Source: Squalus acanthias (lineage: Eukaryota). From it: a stretch of DNA of 64,000 nt. Numbering within the stretch: the stretch's first letter is position 1; every line of letters begins with the position of its first letter. The stretch lies in NCBI GenBank assembly GCA_030390025.1, contig CM059425.1:260338001-260402000 (forward strand). Direction: 5' to 3'. The notes under the pieces are model-generated. The model made no database searches. It had not been told where the DNA came from and saw only the letters and a program-made list of their open reading frames with translations. Shown here in pieces: positions 27,201 to 38,400 of the stretch. Position numbers and translations under genes: made by a program.

Positions 27201-30200
27201 CCAATATGGGTAGTTGGAGTTAAGATACAGATCAGCCATGATTGAATTGAATGGCGAAATAGTCTCGCGGGGCTGAAAGGCCTCCTCCAGTTCCTATGTT
27301 CTTCCTATGTAATCTAGAAGAAGCCCACAGTTCTAACATGATGTCCCACACCAGTAGAGCTTCTATTGTGACGCTTACCTCTCTTCAACCTCCAGATAGT
27401 AAAACCAATTAAAAGAAAGAAGATCATTAAAATGGCGGGCCCACTGTAGAGGGCGATGTTCAACTTGTCCTTGTCATCAGCGGGGAAGTGGATCTGACGG
27501 ACGTCACTCCCGTGTTCATTTACAGCCACACAGCTGTAGTTCCCTCTCAGCGTTGGGTTCAGAATCTCTCCCACAGTTTGATGTTTGTCCGGCACTCGTG
27601 TGACTGTCGTGCTACTGCTGTCCACGGGCAGTGCGCTGTTTTCAGGGTCGATCAATGCGATGTTTGCGGGTGGCTCCCCTTCAACCTTGCACACGATGGT
27701 GTCTCCAGTTATATTGTCGGTCACAACCGACAGCTCCAGGATGGTGGCTGGGGCTTGGGGAGGAAAGAGACAATGAGTTAACTCAATCTAATTAATCTTT
27801 ATTAAACGGTCCGTGGTGACAACGTCCATTACGTGGCACTGAGAAACACGTGAGCATGGAGAGGTGACACCCAACAGGAGATTGGATTGAAATATTCAGA
27901 GAGCAAGTGGACTCTGATTGGAAAGGGACATGAGTTTGATGTTAACGGAGGAGGCGGATGGAATTAGCCTGAGTGAGTGGATCTGAACAACACAGCGGCC
28001 AGGAAATTGGGCTGCCTAAATGCCCTCCTAAACTGTTACAGGCGTCTCTCAGGTCTCAGCTCCTCACTGGGAGCGAATTTGCTCTTGTGTTTGTTCAACG
28101 TGATTTTATCACCTTCACCATATCATTGAGGTAGATGTTTCCTTACCAACAACCTGTAGTCTCATCACATCCTGAGTCACGTTTTCTCTTCGCTCATTCT
28201 CGATGTGCACGTGACAGAAGTAGTCGCTGGTGTCGTTCAGCCCCAGGTCCCTCATCCTTATGGAGGCGTCTCCTTGGGTTGTGTTTCCGATCAGCTCATA
28301 TCGATCTCCTTGATTTACACTAACTGTGTCAGTATAGTGAGAACCAGCGGCGAGGGAACGAGTGTGATTAAAAACAGTGGACTCTTGGCATGGATTCTCC
28401 TTCATCCAGAGGACAGTGATGGAGCTCGGATACCGGCCAGGGGGACTGAAGGTGCAGGGCAGTGTGGCAGAATCTCCCTTCTTCCCAGTCACTGGCCGGT
28501 TATTGTTCTTATCAGCTGAGGTAGAGAAGGGTTTTAAAGAATGGACATTATTCATTAGCACAGAGCATTAAACACAGTTTATACAACATATATGTCCCCT
28601 GTGCACTGTGAGGTTTGCTCTGACGGCAGTGCAGGCAGACAACAGCAGCTTACATTTAAACAGCGACTTTAAGACAGTAAAACATTTCCTTCCTATTCAC
28701 TCTCTCAAAACCCTTCATAATTTTGACAACCTCTACTAATTCTCCCCATAACATTCTCTGCTCTGAGGAGAACAATCTCAGTTTCTCCAGTTTCTCCACA
28801 CAACAGAAGTGCCTCATCACTGGAACCATTCTAGTAAATCTCCTCTGCACCCTCTCCAAGGCCTTGACATCCTTCCTAAAGAGTCCGGAATCGGACACAA
28901 CACTCCAGCTAGGGCCTAACCTGTATTTTATAAAGGTTTAGCATAACTTCCTTGCTTTTGTACTCTAAACAGCTCTTCACAATCATCAACCTCACTCATT
29001 AATAATTCTCTTTATCCTACTCCAGTCCCACACCATTCTGATTGACTCTTAACTGCTCTCTGAAGTGGCTCAGTTGTATCAGCGCCTTCTCAGGGCAACG
29101 AGGGAAGGGCAATAAATGTCGGCCTTGGCAGCAACGCCCACATCACCAGAACGAGTAAAACAAATACACACGGTTGTGATTGGATTATTTTACAGCACAA
29201 CCTTATTTCTAGTTTGAATTATTCCTTACTTCTTATCTCGAGAACTCCATGGTTGAGTTGAAATTTTCCTTCTTTATCGTCCTTGAAATCCACACGACAA
29301 ATGTACGTTTTCTTTGTGTCCGCTTTGTTCAGCTGTTTGATGATGATAGAAGCGTCGTTCTCCCTCGGGTTTCCCAACACTCGGTAGCGCTCGTCTACAT
29401 TCAGGTGGATCTGATTCTTAAACCCATTGCTCTGCGAGTTTAGCGACGGATAATTTGTGTAATTATAAACCACTCCTTTCCGAGTTCTGTTCCAGGTGAC
29501 GGTGATGTTGCCTTTATATCCAGGGTGAGGGTGAGTGAACTTGCAGAATAGAACAGTAGGCTTCCCTTCCCTAGCCATCACCCTATCTGGGGTCTCCATG
29601 CTCCAGTTATTCACACTGTGACCTGTGAGGACACACAGATGTCATGTTAACACTTGACTGAGCCCAAGAGTCAGACACTCCATGGAGGAAGCACGACACA
29701 CCCTGTACTTTCTGACATTCTAATGTCTATCTGAAACTGTGCTGAATTATGGCCAGTTGTGTGCTGTGTGTCCACACTCAATAGGAAGTGGGTTGGAGTG
29801 CCTCCAGCCCATTGCACAGAGACTAAAGAAATAGAACCGGAGAGGCCTGCAGCACCGGAGGTCGTTCCACACCCCCTGTCTAAGCCTGCTCTTTCCTGGA
29901 GCCATCTTATCCCATCAGAGTATTCTGCCTTTAATACAAAAGAAAAGAAAGACTTGCATTTATATAGCATCTTTCACGACCTCAGCCTGTCCCAAAGCCC
30001 TTTACAACCAATGAGGGGTCTGGACAGAGTAGACAGAGAGACACTGTTCCAGTTGGCGGAAGGGTTGAGAACCAGAGGACACAGATTTAAAGTGATTGGC
30101 AAAAGAACCAAAGGCGACGAAAGAAAAAACTATTTTACGCAGCGAGCGGTTAAGATGGGGAATGCACTGCCTGAAAGGGTGGTGGAGGCAGACTCAATCA

Positions 30201-30677
30201 CATCTTTCAAAAGGGAGTTGGATAATTATCTGAAGGAAAACATTTTGCAGGTCTACGGGGAAAGGGCGGGGGAGTGGGACTCGATCAGAGCCAGCACGGG
30301 CTCGACGGGCCGAAAGGCCTTCTTCCGTGCTGTAACCATTCTATGATTCTATGATTCGATGATTCTCTGATTCTGAGTATTTATTGAAGTGGAGTCCCTG
30401 TTGTAATGTAGGAAACACGGCAGCCAATTTGTGCACAGCAAGCTCCCACAAACAGCAATGAAATAAATGGCCATGTCACCAGTTTTAGGTGTTGGTTGAG
30501 GGATAAATATCGTGCCTGTGCCAACTCTTTGAAATACCTCTCTAATTATTTCCACTCCCCTGCTCTTTCCCCATAGCCCAGAAGAAAGAAAGAAAATGGG
30601 TTCCTGCCTCCTCTTGGTGAATACGTACGTTCTGCTGAGATGGCCAGGGCGAGTGCACAAACCAAAATGCACAGCAT
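153..30677 (-). CDS. siglec15-like: Gene A: Siglec-15-like receptor (leader-V-V-C2-TM plus multi-tyrosine-motif tail), putative inhibitory form, 3'-partial. Exons 30629-30677, 29230-29622, 28147-28515, 27379-27753, 25093-25164, 15598-15669, 11787-11858, 11186-11257, 153-224
   Basis: All nine exons have GT donors and the eight internal ones have AG acceptors. They join in phase 1 with no stops (49, 393, 369, 375 and 5x72 nt). V1 motifs WSM..P..V, CKFTHPH, RYRVLGNPRENDAS, YICRVDF and HGVL resemble Siglec-15 as I recall it. No stop codon is reached in the window. Confidence 0.85.
436..888 (+). mobile_element. tRNA-derived SINE (SacSINE1/DeuSINE-like)
   Basis: A-box gtggctcagttgg, B-box-like ctcaagtcc, L2-like tail. 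Family name is from recall. Confidence 0.75.
910..8757. repeat. G-rich ~20-bp minisatellite (GACTCGGGGGGGACGGGTG/GAC variants), about 7.8 kb
   Basis: Visible periodicity. Explains the GGTGRLGGD and PPESSRPP ORFs in multiple frames. Confidence 0.97.
8757..8985 (+). mobile_element. L2-like LINE 3' fragment
   Basis: ctctggaattccctccctaaacctctc...aaaaccta, ending in (gtt)n. Similar pieces at 13990-14240(-), 25365-25850(+) and 33200-33296/44902-45465(-). Confidence 0.65.
9663..10887. mobile_element. Non-autonomous PIF/Harbinger-type DNA transposon inserted in a minus-strand CR1 fragment
   Basis: Imperfect TIRs ggcctcgatttta / taaatatcggggcc, 3-bp TSD ATT. Removing it restores CR1 KTNLRKQYFSERVANPWN. 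Confidence 0.75.
10038..10715. repeat. Minisatellite (CCCCAGTCCCAATGGCCTCTCTCT)n inside the MITE
   Basis: Visible tandem unit with variable CT and C tracts. Confidence 0.95.
11186..11257 (-). CDS. Gene A tail exon T4: DAQEGEDVLYSTVNNPKPPQAQQT (canonical ITIM VLYSTV)
   Basis: tgtgtcttgatag|AT...ACGG|gtaaga, 72 nt. Matches [ILVS]xYxx[ILV]. Confidence 0.82.
11787..11858 (-). CDS. Gene A tail exon T3: DPQESESLPVYSTVKCLRPHQAVT (YxxV)
   Basis: tgtgtcctttacag|AT...ACAG|gtaagg, 72 nt. Not in the ORF track. Confidence 0.8.
12000..13990 (+). mobile_element. 5'-truncated CR1 LINE, RT region, interrupted by a MITE
   Basis: [28 protein letters not shown]; in-frame stops; CR1 3' tail. Confidence 0.93.
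12357..13117. mobile_element. GC-rich Harbinger-type MITE, family 1
   Basis: TIR GGGGGAAAAATT / AATTTTTACCCC, TSD AAA. Near-identical to 22208-22980. Confidence 0.85.
14340..14800 (+). mobile_element. Degenerate CR1 3' fragment
   Basis: VQSWAPHLRKDILAL and RRLRSDLI. Similar fragments at 24170-24480, 26485-27313, 28680-28970(-) and 30010-30370. Confidence 0.8.
14870..15275 (-). mobile_element. tRNA-derived SINE
   Basis: Minus-strand head ggtagcatagtgg...gtttgaatccc. Tail gggcaataaatgctggcct is shared with 60-130. Confidence 0.65.
15598..15669 (-). CDS. Gene A tail exon T2: DPQELGSGGVYSVVNFRESQQAET (YxxV)
   Basis: tgtgtctttgacag|AT...ACAG|gtaatg, 72 nt. Confidence 0.8.
15881..16333 (+). mobile_element. 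Duplicate of the SINE at 436-888
   Basis: Near-identical sequence at offset about 15445. Confidence 0.75.
16350..16975. repeat. Short, more degenerate copy of the same G-rich minisatellite
   Basis: Same unit at the paralogous position after the duplicated SINE. Confidence 0.93.
17730..23140 (+). mobile_element. Full-length decayed CR1 LINE: 5' 80-bp tandem monomers (17735-18117), ORF1 from 18384 (Zn-finger plus SGNH/GDS esterase), ORF2 APE-RT with stops and frameshifts
   Basis: Cys-rich N-terminus and VGDSIVRG in ORF1; ITETW, GDFN and FADD in ORF2; (tatgactc) tail. Confidence 0.93.
22208..22980. mobile_element. Harbinger-type MITE, family 1, second copy
   Basis: Same TIRs, TSD TCA, within CR1. 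Confidence 0.85.
23141..24033. mobile_element. Harbinger-type MITE, family 2
   Basis: TIR GGGGGAGAAATTCAG / CTGAATTTTTCCCCC, TSD TAT, inserted in a CR1 microsatellite tail. Confidence 0.85.
25093..25164 (-). CDS. Gene A tail exon T1: DPREPGGVPVNSVANDTVSQQAET (Asn at the Tyr position)
   Basis: tgtgtctttgatag|AT...ACAG|gtaatg, 72 nt, homologous to the other tail exons. Confidence 0.75.
25533..25689 (+). mobile_element. Penelope-like mini-insertion with inverted terminal arrangement
   Basis: 12-bp duplication tcctcctttaag (25521-25532 and 25690-25701). Perfect 29-bp inverted repeat at 25567-25595 and 25656-25684. Contains a hammerhead motif. Confidence 0.75.
25598..25636 (+). ncRNA. Minimal type-I hammerhead ribozyme motif (Penelope-type)
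   Basis: tcac-CTGACGA-a-ggagc-agc-gctcc-GAAA-gc-TT-gtga: core boxes, stem II, stem I tcac/gtga and palindromic AAGCTT stem III. Confidence 0.65.
27379..27753 (-). CDS. Gene A exon 4: C2-set Ig domain plus uncharged TM (IALYSGPAILMIFFLLIGFTIW-RLKR)
   Basis: Acceptor tcctccccaag, donor AGAG|gtaagc, 375 nt. Motifs CKVEGEPP and GNYSCVAVNEHG. Confidence 0.9.
28147..28515 (-). CDS. Gene A exon 3: second V-set Ig domain (His in place of the Siglec Arg)
   Basis: Acceptor ctacctcag, donor gtaagg, 369 nt. Motifs GDSATLPCTF, ITVLW, RYELIGN..QGDASI, DTSDYFCHV. Confidence 0.92.
29230..29622 (-). CDS. Gene A exon 2: Siglec-type V-set Ig domain 1 with essential Arg (CRVDF)
   Basis: Acceptor ctcacag, donor gtaagg, 393 nt. 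B-strand Cys, core Trp, YxC followed by Arg (codon 29294-29296). Confidence 0.92.
30629..30677 (-). CDS. Gene A exon 1: signal peptide MLCILVCALALAISAE
   Basis: ATG at 30677, 16 mostly hydrophobic codons plus 1 nt, donor GTACGT. Splices in frame to exon 2 (C+GT=Arg). Not in the ORF track. Confidence 0.85.
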
Positions 30678-30714
30678 TCTCTTCACTCCTTCAGCGCCCA
30701 GATCTCTCTGACGG

Positions 30715-30845
30715 CCGACCACAGACTGTGGAACTGCGACGGATCCTCGCTATTTCTTGTTACTTCCTTCTTGAATCTGGGATTGCCAAAGAAAATAAAA
30801 ATACTTGTGATATTTACCAGCCAGCTTCAGATGAGGAAGTCTCTT
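30715..30845 (-). promoter_or_regulatory. Putative proximal promoter/5'UTR of gene A with ETS/PU.1-like GGAA sites and a RUNX-like TGTGGT; paralogous region about 52465-52590
   Basis: GAGGAAGT near 30833, ACTTCCT near 30762 and GACCACA at 30717, present in both paralogs. These are short motifs, so support is weak. Confidence 0.3.
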
Positions 30846-33800
30846 TTGCTCCCTCCCCAGTCAGCTCAGTGTCTGCACAGTGCCCCCATGTCTGGGAGCA
30901 ACTGGCCTGCGCAGAAGACTTGAAGTCAGACATAAGTTCTTCAGCACCTGCCATACCACCCCCTGTAGACGTCTGCAACTTGAAACAACTATGAAGGCAC
31001 CAAACACTTGTAGAATTGCAGCGACAGTCAGAAGGAATCATCCAGCCACTGACCTGTAGGTAGTTGATGATCCTTTGAATCGCGCTGGTGGGGGGGTCCT
31101 TCCTGCTGCTTAAAGCGCGTTCAGCTGTGCGAGCTTAATAGAGGGCGTTGGCTCGAGGGTGGAGCTTCAGAACGGCAGCGCTGACGTCAGTATGGTCTGT
31201 CTGCTCTGCATACTTCCGGCGGACCTTAGCTGCGCACGGGCTGACGCCTTCACCAAGTTGGCCTCCAGCGTCATTCACGGCAGAAGTGTGCGCGCCTGCA
31301 GCAGACGCCATTTTGGTCCCCGAACGACCCCCATAGCGCCCAAACCACGGGAGCTACCGAGCCCAATTTCCTGCCCCATGTCTTTACATTTAGTGTTGCA
31401 ACTGGGCTAAATAGAAGGAAGGAGTTAATTATTTCTTGGAAAGCCCTTGGGTAAAAAAGCAGAAGTGGGTGGAGTCAGTCACCACATCACCAGTTTCAGA
31501 CTTGCTGCACGCAAATAGATAAAAAAACAATCATTTGAAAATGTTCAAATTGATTTGAAACTAGACATCATCCTGGAACTGAACCATGTGATTCTCCAAA
31601 GCTCACATTTAACTCCTTCATTTAACAGTGGGACAGTGTATCCTGTGGAGTTACAAATCTTACAATCAATTTAACTTCAAATAAAACTTGCTCCATGATC
31701 ATCAGTCAATGATTCAATTTAATCCAGCACATCCAGGCTGAATTCATTGTTCTCATTTACTTAACAATACAACAAACCGAATGAGACAAAGTAGGACTTC
31801 CTTAAATTGGTGTATGGGAGGGGTGCAGCGACACAGAGTACAGGGGGAGGGTGCGCTGGAGAACCAGGCGAGAGTCACAGTCCCATTCTCGGTTCCTGAA
31901 CCATTACAACCACCTCTCTCTCTGCTGATTCCAACCCTGCAACCCCCATTCCACATTCCTTCCCACCATCTTTCCACCACTCACATTTCTGCTTCTCACT
32001 GAGCAGCTCATCCTCAGTTTTGAGACGGTCCCTTTCTGCAAACTTTAAGAGCTTCTGAGCAAGTTACTGCTGCTGCTTGTTGCTCAACAATCTTATCTTT
32101 AAGTGCCTGGATTTCACTCTCCATTGCTTGCACCTCTAACTGTTTCTGTATCAGCTTCTCGTTCTTTGCACTTTCCTTTTAGTTCTTTCAGAGTCTTCTC
32201 GTCCTGTTTGTTTAATTTCTTTTACTCTCCTTTCTGAGACCCCCAAACAGCCTGGGTTACAACCTTAGCCCCTGCGAGCAATCCTTGTACCGTAACCTCG
32301 GTCGTGGCCTCTGTCGGGGTGTGTGGAAAGTCAGCTTTCGACATCTGGGCTCATTGACTCAAAGGATCTGCCTCTCCCAGCAGGACACTAACCTTTAAAG
32401 ATGTCCCGCCATGTCTCTCCGATTATGCATCGATATATTCACCTGTGAGATTACTGTCCTCTCTTCAGAATACAAAAGATGTCAAGCGAGACGCTGTAGT
32501 TGTTATCTAACTTTAAAGAATTTAATTTGACCCACAGTTTGTACCAGAAAGAAAGCAGTAACTTTTCATACAACCTTTTCCTTTTCTAGCGAGTGCAACT
32601 CAGGACAAAGAATTGATCGGATTCTTTGTCTCGGGCAGAAAACAAATCTTCCTTTCCTTTGGCGTCTTGTTCCAATGTCTTACGTGGTTCTCTTGATAAA
32701 CCCCGTGTAGAATGAACCGTTTTATGTGGTTTCCTCTCCAAAATCTGCTGCTTAATTATCAAAGGATCTCTTAACAGTTTGCAGACCTTGCTTCCTTATC
32801 TCTGCAACCGTCCGCATTGTTTCTTCCCGTCAGTTACCTCAGGTATAATCTTACCAAGGCTCTGTTTCATCCTGGCTAACACAGACGTATCTCTCACTCA
32901 GCATCCTGGACAATATGCATCCTGACTTCAGTCAATGTGACAGCGGAGTTCTTGACCAAGAAAGCAAAGGCTTCACCACAAGTCCATTATTTTAGTCTTC
33001 CTTAAAACATGTATCAAAAGTCCTCCACACCAGATCGTCCACATTTCAACAAAACCAACAACTTGTTTTCACACAGCACCTTTAATTTCCCACATTACAA
33101 CAGTGACTCCGCTTTAAAAGTACTTCATTGGCTGTAAAGCACTTTGAGACGTCCGGTGGTCGTGAAAGGTGCTATATAAACACAAGTCTTTCTTTCTTTC
33201 TTAATGTAGTAAAATGTCCCAAGGTGCTTCACAGGAGTATTAAAAGAGAAAACTTTGACACCGAGCCACATAAGGAGATATTAGGGCAGGTGACCAGATG
33301 ACGGAGTGCAGATCGGAACAGAGTGTTAAGCTGCGAGTTTGGTTTGGGCAGGGCTAAGCAAGCTCTGTGCTGGAGAGCAGGTGAGAGTAATTAATTAATT
33401 AAGTGGTCTAATCTGGTTCTGTAACTGCCAGAGAGCTCACTTATTTAAATCTCAGCAGTATAAATAAGGGAGGCTAGAGTGCAGTTTGTCACGGAGTGCA
33501 GATCGGAATAGAGTGTTAAGCTGCGAGTTTGGTGAGTGAGGGAGTAAATCTTAAAGGTTAATCTCTTATTTTTAGAAATTCTAGTCTTGTGTGCTTACAA
33601 TTAGCATTTAAATTTACTGTTTCAAGTTTTAAGTTTCTTCCAGGCTTGCGCAGGGCTAAGCAAGCTCTGTGCTGAAGAGCAGGTGAGAGTAATTAATTAA
33701 TTAAGTGGTCTAATCTGGTTCTGTAACTGCCAGAGAGCTCACTTATTTAAATCTCAGTAGTATAAATAAGGGAGTCTAGAGTGCAGTTTGTCATGGAGTG

Positions 33801-35413
33801 CAGATCGGAACAGAGTGTTAAGCTGCGAGTTTGGTGAGTGAGGGAGTTCGGGGAGGGAGGTGTTCCTTTCTTTTTCCATCTTTGTCAGCTTCCAGGAGAG
33901 CAGGAGCTAAAAAGCTGCACAAGAGGGGACAGAGAACCAGCGGTGAGTATTTCTACAGTATTTCTACATTCCAGTCATTAAAGTAAAAGTAAGGTCTCTA
34001 GTTTAGAGTAAGTAGTGTTTAAAGGGAAGTAAGATCCCTAGTGTATTTAATATTGTTGAATTTAAAGGGAGCAAATTAAGGATAGGACATGGCAGGGCAG
34101 CTCGGCAGCATGGAGTGCTCCTCCTGTGCTATGTTGGAAGTCAGGGACACTATAGGTGTCCAAGGTGAACACATGTGCAGGAAGTGTCTCCAGCTGCAGC
34201 TACTCGAAATCCGCATTTCGGAGCTGGAGCTGCGACTGGAGTCACTGTGGAGCATCCGCGAAGCTGAGATCTTCATGGATAGCATGTTTAACAAGGTGGT
34301 CACACCGCAAGTAAAGAGTGCACAGGCAGACAGGGAATGGGTGACCACCAGACAGAGTAAAAGAACTAGGAAGGTAGTGCAGAAGCCCCCTGGGTCAATC
34401 TCCCTCTCCGACAGATTTTCCGTTTTGGATACTGATGGGGGAGATGGTTTCTCAGGGGAATGCAGCAAGAGCCAAGTCCGTGGCACTACGAGTGGCTCAG
34501 CTGCACAGGACGGGAGGAAAAAGAGTGGGAGAGCAATAGTGATAGGGGATTCTATCGTAAGGGGAACAGATAGACGTTTCTGTGGCCGCAGACGTGACTC
34601 CAGGATAGTATGTTGCCTCCCTGGTGCCAGGGTCAAGGATGTCACTGAACGGCTGCAGGGCATTCTGAAGGGGGAGGGCGAACAGTCAGAGGTCGTGGTT
34701 CACATTGGCACCAACGACATGGGTAGAAAGAGGGATGAGGTCATGCAACAAGAATTTAGGGAGCTAGGTAGCAGATTAAAAAGCAGGACCTCAAAGGTTG
34801 TAATCTCTGGATTATTCCCGGTGCCACATGCTAGTGAGTATAGGAATAAAAGGATAGAGCAGATGAATGCGTGGCTAAAGAGTTGGTGCAGGAGGGAGGG
34901 CTTTAGTTTTCCTGGATCACTGGGTCGGCTTCTGGGGAAGGTGGGACCTGTACAAGTCGGACGGGTTGCACCTGAACCGAAACTGGACCAACATCCTTGC
35001 GGGGAGGTTTGCTAGTACTGTTGGGGGGGGGTTAAACTAACTTGGCAGGGGGATGGGATACGGAGTGGAGCTATAGCAGGGGGTGATGCACAGCCAAATA
35101 CAGAGGAAAAAACAAGTCAGCCTGGAAGGCAGAGCAAATATGTAACGGCACAAAGGAGTATGGCAAGGCTGGATGGCATTTATTTTAATGCAAGGAGTCT
35201 TGCGAGTAAGGCAGATGAATTGAAGGTGTTGATGAACACATGGGAGTATGATATTGTTTCTATCACAGAGACATGATTGAGGGAGGGGCAGGACTGGCAG
35301 CTCAATATTCCGGGGTATAGAATCTTCAGGCGAGACAGAAGTGGGTGTAAAAGAGGAGGGGGTGTTGCAATATTAATCAAGGAGTCAATTACTGCTGTAA
35401 GGAGGGATAATAT

Positions 35414-38400
35414 ACATAGATACATAGATACATAGAAGATAGGAGCAGGAGTAGGCCATCCGGCCCTTCGAGCCTGCTGCGCCATTTAATGAGATCATGG
35501 CTGATCCTCCAATTCAGTATCCCGTCCCCGCCTTCTCTCCATAACCCTTAACCCCTTTTGCCTGTAGAAATATATCTAATTCCCTCTTAAATATATTTAA
35601 TGAGCTGGCGTACACTGCCCTCTGTGGCAATGAGTTCCACAGGTTCACCACCCTCTGAGTGAAGAAATTCCCCCTCATTTCTGTCCTAAATGGTTTAGCC
35701 CTTATCCTTAAATTATGTCATCTAGTTCTGTTCTCACCCGCCAAGGGAAACATTCCTTCTGCATCTAGTCTGTCTAGACCTGTCAGAATTTTATACACTT
35801 CTATGAGTTCCCCTCTCAATCTTCTAAACTCCAGTGTGTACATCCCTAAACTACATAGTCTCTCCTCATAGGTCAATCCCGCCATTCCTGGTATCAGCCT
35901 GGTGAATCGCCGCTGCACCCCCTCCATGGCAAGAACATCTTTCCTCAGATGAGGCGACCAAAACTGTACACAGTACTCGAGGTGTGGTCTCACCAGTGCC
36001 CTGTACAGCTGCAGCAAGGTATCCATGTTCCTGTATTCCAACACTTTTGCTATGAAGGCCAGCATACCGTTTGCCTTCTTGACCGCCTGTTGCACCTGCA
36101 TGCTCGCCTTCAGTGACTGGTGTACAAGAACACCCAGGTCTCTCTGTACTTCCCCCTCTCCCAATTTATTGCCATTTAAATAATAATTTGCCCTCCCGTT
36201 CCTGCACCCAAGGTGGATAACTTCGCACTTGTCCACATTATAGTGCATCTGCCATTTATCCGCCCAATCACCCAGTCTGTCCAAATCGCTCTGGAGCTTC
36301 CTGGTCTCCTCCTCTGAGCCCACCCCCCCCTCCTAGTTTAGTGTCGTCTGCAAATTTGGAAATGCTGCATCCGACTCCCTGATCCAGGTCATTAATGTAA
36401 ATTGTGAACAGCTGGGGACCCAGGACAGATCCCTGTGGTACCCCACTTGTTACTGGCTGCCATTCAGAAAATGAGCCGTTTATTCCAACTCTCTGTTTTC
36501 TATCTGACAGCCAGTTCTCTATCCACGTCAATACTTTCCCCTTTATCCCATGAGCTTCAATTTTCCATGCTAATCTTTTATGTGGGACCTTGTCGAAGGC
36601 CTTTTGGAAGTCCAGGTACACCACATCTACTGGCTCTCCCCCATCTATTTTACCAGTTACTCCCTCAAAAAATTCCAATAGATTAGTCAAGCACGATTTA
36701 CCCTTTGTAAATCCATGTTGACTCTGTCCTATCCTGTCCCCATTTGCTAAGTGCTCCGCTATTTCATCCTTAATGATGGACTCCAGCATTTTGCCCACAA
36801 CTGATGTAAGGCTTACAGGTCTGTAATTACCTGCTTTTTCCCTACCCCCCTTTTTGAATAGTGGGGTAACGTTAGCTACCCTCGAATCCATGGGCACTGT
36901 TCCCGAGTCTAATGAATTCTGAAAAATCATACTTAGTGCATCCGCTATCTCTAGGGCCACCTCCTTCAGCACCCTAGGATGCATGTTATCAGGCCCTGGG
37001 GATTTGTCCGCCTTCAATCCCTTTAGCTTCCTTAACACCATATCCTTAGAGATATTGATTTGCGTCAGTTCCTCCTTTGCCAATGTCCCTATTTTTCCCG
37101 ATATCCCAGGGAGGTTTTTTGTGTTTTCCTTCGTAAAGACTGACCCAAAGTATGCATTTAGTTGGTCTGCCATTTCCTTATTTCCCGTTATATATTCCCC
37201 CGTATCTGACTGCAATGGACCAACTTTGGTTTTCACCAGTCTTTTCCTCTTGATATACTTATAAAAGCTTTTGGAGTTAGTTTTTATATTTTCCGCCAGC
37301 TTGCTTTCGTAAGCTATTTTGCCCCTCTTGATTAAGCCCTTTGTCCTCCTTTGCTCTATCTTAAACTGTTCCCAATCTTCCGCTCTGGCGCTTTTTTTGG
37401 CTATTTTATACGCCCTATCTTTGGATTTTATGCTGTCTCTAATTTCCCCTGTTATCCACGGTTGAGTCACCTTTTTAGATTTCCTTTTATGCCAGATTGG
37501 TATAAACAATTTTTGCAATTTTGTCATTCTATCTTTAAATGCTTGCCATTGTTTATCTACCTCCAGTCCTCCCAGGAACGTTGTCCAATCAGACCTACTC
37601 AGTTCCCGTCTAATGGCATCATAATTCCCCTTGTTTAAATTCAGGACCTTAGTCTCTGAGTCAATTTCTTCGCTCTCCATTTCGAGTGAGAAATCGATCA
37701 TGTTATGATCGCTCTGACCCAAGGGTCCCCGTACAACAAGATTACTAATTAGTCCCTTCTCATTGCACAGTACCCAGTCCAATATAGCCTGTTCCCGAGT
37801 TGGTTCCTCGACATATTGATCCAGATAACCATCCCTTAAACACTCAAGGAATTCCTCCTCCTCATTATTTTTACTGATTAGGCTAGTCCAATCTATATGT
37901 AAGTTAAAGTCACCTATGATGACAGCTGTGCTCTTATTGCACGCTTCTCTAATTTCCCTCGTGATGCCCTCCCCAACCTCTATTTTACTATTTGGAGGCC
38001 TATATACCACTCCTATTAATGTTTTTCGCCCCTCGCTATTTCTTAGCTCCACCCATATAGATTCTGTATTAACTGAGTTAATATCCTTCCTTTCAATTGC
38101 ATTTATCCCCTCTTTTACCAGCAATGCTACCCCTCCTCCCTTTCTTTTTTGTCGATCCTTCCTAAATACTGAATACCCCTGTATGTTAAGCTCCCAGCCC
38201 TGCTCACCCTGCAACCATGTTTCCGTAATCCCAATTAGATCATAATTATTAACCTCTATTTCCACAGCTAATTCATCTACCTTGTTCCTGATGCTTCTCG
38301 CATTAAGGTATAAAACCCTCAGGCTTTTTTTATGCTCACATTTTTTATGAATTAGTTTGGCCCTTTGTTTTTTGTTCCTCACCCTTTTACCATTTATTTC

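Noticed and set aside
28147-29622. Rearranging Ig/TCR/NAR V segments
   Set aside because: Each exon encodes a complete V domain including the G strand and ends in a splice donor. No heptamer-nonamer RSS seen.
31990-32430. Minus-strand Lys/Glu-rich coiled-coil-like remnant, possibly a decayed gag
   Set aside because: Broken by stops and frameshifts, with no diagnostic motif. It cannot be assigned without a search.
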